Origin: Diplonema japonicum
Lineage: Eukaryota > Protista > Euglenozoa: Diplonemea
Direction of reading: 5' to 3'
DNA: 64,000 bases
Assembly: GCA_964019335.1 (NCBI GenBank)
Contig: OZ025691.1
Span: 248,001 to 312,000, forward strand
Shown here: in pieces, positions 54,750 through 64,000 of the stretch
How the letters are laid out: each line of letters opens with the position of its first letter
How positions within the stretch are numbered: the stretch's first letter is position 1
Notes under the pieces: model-generated
Database searches by the model: none
What the model saw: the letters and a program-made list of their open reading frames with translations, nothing else
Told to the model about the DNA's origin: nothing
Made by a program: the position numbers and the translations under genes

Positions 54750-57700
54750 ATGGAAGCGCCAAGCAGCATGAGGTCAATACGAGACAGGGAGTACATGGTG
54801 AGAAGCGTTCCGAAAAGGGTGTCACTGGCTGAAAAAGAGCTGGACCAAGAGCCTTCTGGTATCTTGGGTTCGATGCCAAGCCAACCGCCAGCACCACGGG
54901 CTACGTTTGGAACCCTACCGAGAGGGAAGGACACCCAGTCGAATCTGCAGAGGCTGACCAGCACTGCAGCAGCGGAGAAGGACAGTCGGCTGTACAAACG
55001 GGGTGAACTGCTGACATCGAACATCATCACATATCTCATCAGAACGGTGAAGACGTTGCGACAGAGAACGGAGCTTGCAGTGCATGCCTTTCTTCTGCTC
55101 GTCCTCTGCGTAGTGCTGCTCTTGACCAAAGTCGAGGACAACACAAGCAGGCCGTACTACGTCTACTCCGCTGTTCATGACATGACCCTTGGAACGATCC
55201 CACCCACTGGCATGACACAGGCCTACCCAGGTGACTGGACTGATGTTTCCTCGGATGAGCAGCTCTGGAAATGGATGGACGGCTTCGTAGACAGGCTGTG
55301 GAGTGCGAACAAACAATTTCTCAACTCGCACAACGAACCTCTCTCCCGTGTCCTGCTCTATCAACAGCGTGTTGCGTCCTTTCCCTGCCCCTCGTCCATC
55401 GGGGAGGACGCGTTGCTCTCAACAAGTGTTCTTTCCAAGCTTTCTAATACGTGCATTGCCTCGTACCGCGGTGACTCCGGCAACCTTGCATCGGCTCCCT
55501 TCGGCCCCCTGAATGAGTACCACAGCAACGCCGACGAGCACGCCAACGGTCAGCGCACCTACGGTATGAGCGGCAAGATACGCGGCGAGATCTTCACGTA
55601 CCACGACAAACACAAGAGGCTGTACGTGGAGCGGCTCGAACTGAGTGAAGACAGCGTCTCTATCAAGAATCACCTTTCACGGTTGCGCGGTGATGGGTGG
55701 TTCAACTATGAAACCCGTCTGGTGGGGCTGGACTTCTTCACCTTTAACAAGGCAGAGAGGTATTTCGTGAGGTGTCAGGTGTTCGCAGAGGTGACGGGCG
55801 CTGGGGAAGTAAGGCCACAGCACCACTTCCTTCCGTTCACGATGGAGTCGTCGGAGCTTGTGAACGGGAAGGACTACGCGGTGTTGGTGCTGGACGTGCT
55901 GCTACTGGGGCTGGTCTTGGTCGAGGTAGTCAACTTAGTGAGGTCTTTGAGAGACAACGCAGACCTGGAGGGGGACTGGAAACGCGCTGTCGGCATGTGG
56001 GAAGTCCTCAACATCTTGAACGTTGCGCTCTTCATCGTGAACTACTACTACAGATTCAAACTGCTCGAGGCGACAACAGGCAGTGCGGCCGACGAGGACT
56101 TCTTCGAGAAGCTGTCATGGTTCGCAGATGCATATAACGAAAACGTGACGTACCAAGCATGGAACGTGGCGTTGAGCTGGCTGCGGCTGTTCCAGTACCT
56201 GCAGTACAACGAGCGGCTCAACGTTGTGAGCGTGACGGTGAAGCAGGCTGCAGGCGATTTAATGGCGATGGTGGTCATCACGCTGATCATCGTAATGGCC
56301 TACACCTTCATGGGGCACCTGCTCTTCGGCAACACCTGTGGCACGTTCCGCGACATCCCCCGATCGTTCGGCACGCTTCTGCGGTTCGTATACGGCGACG
56401 GTGTCTATTCCGAGGAGTACCCATGCATGATGCACGCACACCCCATCGTGAGCAATATCTACGTAATGACTTTCTTGGTCATCATTTGGCTCATATTGCT
56501 CAACCTGGTCCTGGCTATCATCACGGGTTCTTTTGCAGTGGTGCAAGAGAGCTTAGCTGAGCCCGACTGGTCTGTGGAGTCGCTGCTGCGTGACGCAAAG
56601 TCATTTCTTCGGCGGATGTTGAGGGCGCTGCTCCCCAAGCGTGTTAGCGTACGGCGCAAAAAAAGCATGGACACCCTAGCAGGGTTGGGGACAGAGGTCG
56701 AAAGCGATGAGATGCAAGAGATACCAAAAGACGGGCCCGATGACAACGAGGTGTCTGAAGGCGAGGCCGTGGTGTCCGTCGAGGAGCGCAGCAGGTACAT
56801 CAACAAGAACGAGGCAGTGCTGTTAATCCAACTACTAAAACAGCCAACGGTGCCGAAGTACGTGACAGAAGACGACATCCTGCTTCTGGCAGACTTCTTA
56901 ACTGAGGAGCAGGTCGGGGAGGTTATCAAACAAGCAAGGAAGGAGTTCACCGGAAAACAACAAATGATAAAAATGGGGGAACGACTTGGGCAGAACATGA
57001 ACATGAGGCTGATAGCCGTGGAAGAGGCCGCAAACAGGCTACTAAGGCTAGAACCCTTTGTCGTCAATGGGATACCGCAGCTAGGGAGCCAAGTGGCGTC
57101 GGGGTTCGAGACGTTGGACAAACAGGTGTTGCCAGATATCAACGGGATAAAGGAGAACATTAAGAAACTAAGCGGGCTCAGCGGTGAGGTTGGTATCGTG
57201 AAGGAAGGTGTCGACAAGATGCACAACAGCACAACAGATGTCTCTGAAGGCATCCGGCGGTTAAAGGCAGATCTCACCGCGTCTCTCTCCACGCAAGCGG
57301 TGAACCTTCTTGACATCATCGAACACCTGTCAGTGCTGCAGACGCTTCCCAACTCGCACTCCCTTCTTATCGAGCATCTTGAGAAGGCTGATGATCTTCA
57401 CAAGCAGACCACAGAGCAGCTTCTCGTCCCACTCAAGGAAGGCCTCGTCGAACTGGCATATGAGATGAAAGTGAAAACAGGCCTCACGCTTTCCAGCCAG
57501 CTCGCGGAAACCCGCGAACAGCAAGAACAGCAGAAACAGGAAGCCACCGATGTGAAGCAGCACTACGGCAACATGGTGACTCAGCTCTTCTCCCCGGCCT
57601 CGCCTCCGGGTGGCCCGCCACCGGAAGGCCCGCAGGAACTCCCTGAGGTGCCTTTGCAGCCTAGATCTAAGTCCCTTGCAATGTCGCAGGTCCTTGCTGA

Positions 57701-57782
57701 GTTGAAATCGTCGAGCAAGAAACCCGAGCCCATGGAACTGTACGCACCACCCTCCGACGCACGGCGGGACAGCCCGCAGTGA
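54750..57782 (+). CDS. PKD2: Polycystin-2-like (TRPP) cation channel
   Basis: TOP domain (LW.WM, LLYQQRV..C, L...GWF..ETR), six TM helices, WLRLFQYL, GHLLFG....F..I..SF.TL, ILLNLVLAII, C-terminal coiled coil. Confidence 0.88.
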   Translation: MEAPSSMRSIRDREYMVRSVPKRVSLAEKELDQEPSGILGSMPSQPPAPRATFGTLPRGKDTQSNLQRLTSTAAAEKDSRLYKRGELLTSNIITYLIRTVKTLRQRTELAVHAFLLLVLCVVLLLTKVEDNTSRPYYVYSAVHDMTLGTIPPTGMTQAYPGDWTDVSSDEQLWKWMDGFVDRLWSANKQFLNSHNEPLSRVLLYQQRVASFPCPSSIGEDALLSTSVLSKLSNTCIASYRGDSGNLASAPFGPLNEYHSNADEHANGQRTYGMSGKIRGEIFTYHDKHKRLYVERLELSEDSVSIKNHLSRLRGDGWFNYETRLVGLDFFTFNKAERYFVRCQVFAEVTGAGEVRPQHHFLPFTMESSELVNGKDYAVLVLDVLLLGLVLVEVVNLVRSLRDNADLEGDWKRAVGMWEVLNILNVALFIVNYYYRFKLLEATTGSAADEDFFEKLSWFADAYNENVTYQAWNVALSWLRLFQYLQYNERLNVVSVTVKQAAGDLMAMVVITLIIVMAYTFMGHLLFGNTCGTFRDIPRSFGTLLRFVYGDGVYSEEYPCMMHAHPIVSNIYVMTFLVIIWLILLNLVLAIITGSFAVVQESLAEPDWSVESLLRDAKSFLRRMLRALLPKRVSVRRKKSMDTLAGLGTEVESDEMQEIPKDGPDDNEVSEGEAVVSVEERSRYINKNEAVLLIQLLKQPTVPKYVTEDDILLLADFLTEEQVGEVIKQARKEFTGKQQMIKMGERLGQNMNMRLIAVEEAANRLLRLEPFVVNGIPQLGSQVASGFETLDKQVLPDINGIKENIKKLSGLSGEVGIVKEGVDKMHNSTTDVSEGIRRLKADLTASLSTQAVNLLDIIEHLSVLQTLPNSHSLLIEHLEKADDLHKQTTEQLLVPLKEGLVELAYEMKVKTGLTLSSQLAETREQQEQQKQEATDVKQHYGNMVTQLFSPASPPGGPPPEGPQELPEVPLQPRSKSLAMSQVLAELKSSSKKPEPMELYAPPSDARRDSPQ

Positions 57783-58007
57783 GATTTTTTTTACTGCGAG
57801 TCAGTTACACCCCCCCCCCCCCCCCCCCTCCCTCTCTTCCCCCTTAATGTTGGTAAGCGATTGCCAAAACTTCTCACACCATAATGAGTTTTAAAAGGTT
57901 TCTTTTCTAATTTTCTTCAGCGCCACTGGGTGGGGAGGGGGAAAATAAATACACAAAAAAAAACCCAGACTGCTTTTTTTTTGTTATTGTTCTATACTAC
58001 ACTGCAA

Positions 58008-59354
58008 ATGACAACTATGACAACACGCGGAGTGAAAGCCGGCCAAACCGCCATCCGGGCTGTCCTTAAGAAGGACAACGGAGGGCGGCAGGAAGGCGTA
58101 CTCAGCAAGGTTTGGGCGAGAAGCACGGAGCTGATGGTAGACAGGGGCGAGGGGTGCTATGTGTGGGATGTGTACGGGAACAGGTACCTGGACGCGGCAG
58201 CGGGGATCGCGGTGTTGAACACGGGGCACAGCCACCCGAAGGTCGTTCAAGCGTTGAAGGACCAAGCGGAGAAGCTCGTCCACAGCCAAATCAACAACTA
58301 CCACAACGAACCGTTGTACGAGTTCACAAGGCGGGTGGGCACACATCTTCCCGAGGGGCTGAACCATGTCTACTTCGACAACACAGGCACCGCAGGCATT
58401 GAAGCTGCCGTGAAACTAGTAAGACAGCACACCAAAAGGCCCAACATCATCGTCCTTTACGGCGGGATGCACGGTAGATCAGGCATGGCGAGTGCCATGA
58501 CGACAAACCACAGCATTCGAAACCCGTTGTTCTACCCTTTGCCAAGCGGGGTGTACACAGCACCATTCCCATCGGCCTACAGGTGGGGCATAAGCGAGGA
58601 AGAAGCCGCCGACAGAGCAATCGAAGGCTTGAAAGATGTACTCAAAGGAAGCGTCCGCCCCGACCAGGTCGCAGCATTGGTATTCGAACCCATCTTGGGA
58701 GAGGGTGGGTTTGTCCCTGCCTCGGCTTACTACTACAAGAAGGCGAAGGAGATTTGCGACCAATATGGAATCCTCATGGTAATGGACGAGATCCAATCTG
58801 GATACGGCAGGAGTGGGAGGATGTGGGCTCACCAGCATTTCAGCGGTGACGCGGTGCCAGATGTTATGGTGTCTTCAAAAGGCATAGCATCCGGAATGCC
58901 GTTGTCAATGGTTGTCGCGAAGAAACATGTAATGGACTCCTTCACACCAGGTACTCACGGTGGAACGTTCAATGGTAATGTGATGGCACTTGCTGCAGCC
59001 AACGCAACGCTTGACATCTTTGAGGAGGAGGGCGTGGTGGAGAACTCTCACAACCAAGGCATCACGCTGAAGGGTACGCTTTCTGCTATTTTCGACCAGT
59101 ACATGCCTGGATCGGATGTTCGTGGGCATGGTCTTATGATAGGGGTGGAATGTGTCACACCTGAGGCTGCGCGGTATATCAAGAAGCATTGTTTGGTGCA
59201 CTCGAGCGTTATCATCCTAACGCCAACGGGGACTGAGGGTAACATTCTCAGGATCATGCCTCCGTTGGTGATCTCCGAGGAAGAAATTCTCGCGTTGTCT
59301 CAGGCGATCGAGCATGCTGCTAGGGATTGGCAGAACGGGGTGTTGCTTGAGTGA
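58008..59354 (+). CDS. gabT: Class III PLP aminotransferase (4-aminobutyrate aminotransferase-like)
   Basis: RGEGCYVWDVYGNRYLD, NTGHSHP, EPILGEGG, DEIQSGYGRSG, SSKGIASGMP (PLP lysine), HGGTFNGN, LRIMPPL. Confidence 0.85.
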   Translation: MTTMTTRGVKAGQTAIRAVLKKDNGGRQEGVLSKVWARSTELMVDRGEGCYVWDVYGNRYLDAAAGIAVLNTGHSHPKVVQALKDQAEKLVHSQINNYHNEPLYEFTRRVGTHLPEGLNHVYFDNTGTAGIEAAVKLVRQHTKRPNIIVLYGGMHGRSGMASAMTTNHSIRNPLFYPLPSGVYTAPFPSAYRWGISEEEAADRAIEGLKDVLKGSVRPDQVAALVFEPILGEGGFVPASAYYYKKAKEICDQYGILMVMDEIQSGYGRSGRMWAHQHFSGDAVPDVMVSSKGIASGMPLSMVVAKKHVMDSFTPGTHGGTFNGNVMALAAANATLDIFEEEGVVENSHNQGITLKGTLSAIFDQYMPGSDVRGHGLMIGVECVTPEAARYIKKHCLVHSSVIILTPTGTEGNILRIMPPLVISEEEILALSQAIEHAARDWQNGVLLE

Positions 59355-60783
59355 TGAGGGAGGGAAAAAAGAAAAAAAAAAATCGCTTTCGCCCCTGCCC
59401 CCTTTTTTTTTTTTTTTTTTTTTTTGTATATATATCGTTGAGAGTGGGTCATGGTGCAACAAATTTTTTTTTTCCTTTTTTTTTTCCCCCCCTTCCCCGT
59501 CTTTTAAAAAAAAAAGCCTTTTTTTTTTTCCCCTTCTTTTTTTTTGTTTGCAAAACGGAGGCCCCCCCCTTTTTTTTCCTTTCCTTTAATTAATTAAACA
59601 AAACCTAAAAAGTGGAAAAAAAAAGAGAAAATAAAAAAAAATTAGGGAAAAAAAAAAAAATACTTTAGTTAGTAAGGAGTTCGCCGCTCTTTTTTTTTCT
59701 TTCTTTCCTTCTTTTTTCTTCTTCTTTTTTTTCCCCCTTCTTCTTCTTCTTCTCCTTTGTTTATTTTTTGGGGGCAAAATCCCCTGGTTCATATTTTTAC
59801 CTCATGCAACTGTGTGCTGAGCAAAAAGAAAAAACAAAAAAAAGATTTTAAAACTTCTGCACGCCTTTCCTCCCCCCCCCCCCCCCCCGTGCTCTTCACA
59901 TAAATTCTTGTTCTCCCCTCTTTTTTGTGTTCAATTCGTACACCCTCCTTCTTTCTTGAAAAATCCCATAGTGAAATGTTCTGGGTTCGCTGCTCTGAGT
60001 GCAGGAAGGGGAAAAGTGTCGGGAAATATGCGACGCAGAAAAAGAAGGAGAAACCACGAAAGGGAAAGAAAAGAAAAGGGCGGATTGAGGGCTCGCTGCT
60101 CATGGAGAATAAAGGTGAAAGGGGGGAAGGGGAAAAAAAATTAAAATATGGGGAAATAATATTACTAACAGGGCCAGCACCTAGTGTTATACCAATAAGG
60201 TGACACGTGGGAGAAAAATGGCCATACCTCCTCCTCCTCCCCTTCTCTAACTTTGTTTTTGTTTTTTTGTTTTTTAAGAAGAAGAAAGAAAAATTTTTCG
60301 TCTACAGATATAAGATTGCGCCATGATGATCTTGTAAGCCCTTTGACTTGGAGCCAAAAAAAAAAGAAAAAAGAAATGATGTCATGTTCACACTGTTGGT
60401 TGTCTTTTTTTTTTTTTTTTTTTTTAATTCAATCCACCCCATTATGGAGAAGAAACTCAGCAAAAGAGCTTTCACAAGGATGTCTTTTTCAGTTGGCGAG
60501 ATCAAAGGAGTTCAAAGGGCAAAAATGAAAAAAAAAAAAAAAAAACAAAAAAAAGAAGAGGAAGAAAATGAATGAAGGGTGGGAAGAAAAGAAATCTAAC
60601 TGACTTTTTTATTTTATTTTTTTATTAATATTTAAATTTACACTTTGAGATAGTAGAGGCTCGCTGCCTTGATTTTTCTAACTTTCTAGTTCTTCTTCTT
60701 CTTTTTTTTTTAAACGCCCCCTTGAGCCACTAGCGAGTAGCTGCAATGGCTCAGGGGAGACTACTACTTGGTTTTCTTTATGA

Positions 60784-60814
<31 letters not shown>

Positions 60815-61252
60815 CGAGCCTTTCCACCCAGAAACACTCTCCCCGAGCGGAGAAATCTTTTTGTTAAAAAAAGGGGGAGGGTAGAAAGAAGCACATATAT
60901 GATGAGACATTCCGTCTTCCCTCCCAATCAGACAGGAATTTTTTTCAAAAAAAAAAAAAGGAAAAAAAAAACCCTCTTTCATCCCTCTATTTTTGTTCTT
61001 GCCTTCTTTTCCCCTTCTATTTTTTTTTCTTTTTTTTTTATCTTCCCTCTCTCTCTTATTTTTTATTTTTTTTCCCCTCCTCCCTTTTAGCTTCCTCTCC
61101 GTATCCACTTTCTCTCTTTTTTTTTTTTTTCTTTCTTTTTTTTTTTTATTCCCGTAAAATATCACAAAAAAAAAGGGGGAACTACGGGGAGAAGGTGGTA
61201 AGGGGGATTACCCCCAAACCCCTCTCACCCCACCCCAAAAGAAAAAAATCAC

Positions 61253-64000
61253 ATGTGGCGGCAAGAAAGCGGAGGAAAGAATGCCCCTCCAGCAAGTATC
61301 GGGGGGGGTGCAAAATTAAGGGGACAGAACAAAAAAAAGGGCTCAGCAGGCGAGACACAGACCGTACCGGTACCGAAGCCTTCGAGAGAGGATTTGATCA
61401 ATCAGATAAAATCGGTTTTTCAACTAAGACTGGTCTACGGCAAGCCGACCCAAATATCTTTCGATTCTAAAGGACGGAAATTGTACTGGCTGCACACGCT
61501 TCACACCAACGGCCGAAATGCCCTTTTCAGCACAGATCTCTCACCCTTCGACGAGACCACAAATCCTCAAACAGAACTGCGGCCTGAAACTGTCGTTTCG
61601 CACCTTCCCTCATTACAAGCCGGGCTTTCCAGAGAAGAACAGCTTTCAAGAGACCGAAAACGACGCGGAGCATATGGAATTTCAGAGTACATCCCTTACT
61701 TCAACCACAACTGTCTGGTACTACCTGGCGACTCAACGATATACTTGTACAGTACAGCTCGTGATGTTTTGATCGATGTTTTGAAAAATTCCACAGGAGA
61801 CGCAGTTCCCGGCCCTATTTCAGACCCGAAGATGACGCCAGCAACAAAGACAAGGTTGTTGAGCTTTATCAGTAAAAATAATATTTATGTGTGCGACACG
61901 ACTGGGGTGGAGAAGAACCCTGATGGTGGGCTGACTGTGCATCAACTGACAAAGGAGGGTTCGAGATTTATTCTGTGCGGTGCTGCGGATTACCAGATTC
62001 AAGAAGAATTCTCTCGTTACTCCGGGTACTGGTGGGCCCCGCCTGTTGTCAATTCGGACTCCGACATTATCCACAGAATTCTCTACCTTTCCACCGATGA
62101 AACGCACACCGATCGTGTTGAGATTCCTTCGCTTGACCCCACGAAACAGACCTGTGAAAGCTTCTCCATACCCCACCCTGGTCGGCCAAACCCCGTCGTT
62201 ACCGTGTGCATGCTATCTTTTCCCGAAGCGGACCTCAGTGATGTTACATATTACCACGTGCCGTTGGAGACGCTGCAAGGAAATATTCCGTGGTTGGAGT
62301 ACATCAGTAAAGCAGGCTGGACGCCGGGAGGTGATGTTTATCTGGAGGTTCTGGACAGAATGCAAGAGCGAGTTGCGTTGCTCGTGGTGCCTATAAGAAA
62401 TTTTGAGAAAGTTGATGAGGAAAAAAGCGCGTATGCCAGGTCCGTAGCACCGGGGGAGAATTATGCTGCACCGTCGAAGTCGTTGCATTTACCGGCGTTG
62501 GGTGTTGAAGCCGTCCCGCAGGCGGTGCCGGACGACAGTAGTGGTAACAAGTTGATTAGCTTTGATGGTGATATGTCTGAGCAGCAGCAACAACAACAAC
62601 AACAACAACAGCAGCAACATCACCCCCCTGAGGGTTTTCCTGTTCCTGGGCAGCCGGTTTATTTGCATCATCATCACCATCATCACCATATGCATTTCCA
62701 TCACCACTTTCACCACCATATACCCTTCCATTATCCTCCACCGCCTTACCCCTACCCGCCTCCTTATGATGTGCCTCCTGTTATTCTCGGGCCGCCGCCC
62801 CCGCCGCCGGGGTTTCCGTATCCCGACCCTTCGCAGTTCTATCACCACCACCACCACCACCATATTATGCAGTCGCATCACCACCATCACCATCACCACC
62901 ACCACCACCATCATCACCAGCATCATCATCATCATCACCACCTTATGGACCCTATGCATATCCCGCAAGGCATCCCACTGCAACAGCCTCCTATGGTCAA
63001 CGATGATGTTGAGAAGAACAAAGAGGTATTTTGAGAAATAAATGAAAAAAAAGTTTTTTTTTTTTTTTTTTTTCCAGCCGCAAGGAACCGCGACAGGGTA
63101 CAGCGCCCGGCCGGTTCCGGGTTGCGGGTTGGTGGAGAGCAAGGCGTTTCCTTATCAGGTATTTCGAAAAAAAAAAAAGAAAAAAAAAAAAAAAAAGGTG
63201 ATACGAGAAGACGTCTTCCCCGACGGGTGGGTCAACGTGTCGGAGATTCTGTATTTTTTCAAAGACGGCTCGAAGCGGGTACTGTTCGAATCCGAGGCGA
63301 GCGGGCGGGGCGGCTACCGGCATCTGTTCCTGTACCACCCGACACGGGAAGGCGGCGCCCTGCAAATCACAACAGGCGAGTGGCAAGTCGACAAAAGAGG
63401 TCTTTGGATCGACGAAGCAGGAGGCCGGGTGTACTTCTCCGCAACAGTCGACGGCTGGACCGAACAACACCTCTACTCCGCCCCCGTTCCATCCGTCTCG
63501 GAAATGTCATCCTACCGACCGTGCCGGGCCCCAAAACGGCTTTCCGGCGCGGGTATGACCCATTCCTCATTGTCTATATCAGGAGACTGCGCTTTTTTCG
63601 CATCGTGTCATTCTTCTCTGAAATCGCCACCTGGGTTGACAGTAAGCACATTAAAGGCACAGCATACAGTATCGCTGTCCGTGTCCTTGCGGTTTCCGTT
63701 GTATTCAAACTTCAGACAGCTCACGACACCGAAGCTTCTGTACGTTAAGAACCGTTCGGGTGTTGGTTTGCAAACTGCATTCTACCCACCGTCGCAGCCG
63801 GACTGGGCGTCGAAAGGGAAAGCAACGACACCTTTAGTCGTTCTGGTGTATGGCGGGACAGAGGTCCAGCAGGTCATCAATGACTATCGTTTAGTGTGCC
63901 AACCAAGGCTTCAAATGCTGTGCAGGTACGGGTATGCCTGCGCGATAATCGACAACCAGGGCAGCAGCCGCAGGGGGAACTGTTTCGAGGCTTCTGTCAA
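61253..64000 (+). CDS. Dipeptidyl peptidase 8/9-like (S9B) protein, runs off the window end; introns 63026-63077 and 63159-63197
   Basis: LSREEQL.R.R.R....GI..Y, QEEFSRYSGYWWAP, EYISKAGW. After splicing: WVNV, GYRHLF, ITTGEWQV, VYGGTEVQ, IDNQGSSRRG. Confidence 0.88.
62579..62941 (+). repeat. Coding CAG/CAA, CAT/CAC and CCN tracts (polyQ, polyH, polyP)
   Basis: Directly visible in frame within the DPP gene. Confidence 0.9.

Noticed and set aside
1-64000. CRISPR arrays, rRNA, spliced-leader RNA gene, prokaryotic operon signals
   Set aside because: No repeat-spacer arrays, rRNA motifs or recognisable SL exon were seen; the sequence is eukaryotic.

Overview
Eukaryotic nuclear DNA with euglenozoan-style organisation. 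The organism is inferred, not proven, to be a free-living euglenozoan such as a diplonemid. All 26 protein-coding genes I can support, plus the tRNA and the LINE, lie on the + strand. They are separated by long poly(T)/poly(A)/poly(C)/poly(G) spacers, which suggests one polycistronic unit resolved by trans-splicing. Genes carry very short GT-AG introns (34-65 nt, mostly phase 0, often almost pure poly-A). Splicing them restores C-termini the ORF track misses: the PurE tail of a SAICAR synthase-PurE fusion, a GPI-like signal on a two-domain CBA1-like protein, an HDEL on a saposin-like protein, and the rest of a DPP8/9-like peptidase. Three highlights: (1) an intergenic, motif-complete HDV-like self-cleaving ribozyme (7308-7441) heading a ~330-nt structured RNA whose 3' end can sequester the ribozyme P1 strand; (2) a 5'-truncated, defective RT-RNase H LINE (15334-18554) inserted 5 bp upstream of tRNA-Ile(AAT), with an 11-bp target-site duplication overlapping the first 6 nt of the tRNA; (3) several islands of predicted RNA structure, including pseudoknots, within homopolymer-rich UTRs. 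All folds and splice calls were made by eye and need computational or experimental confirmation.
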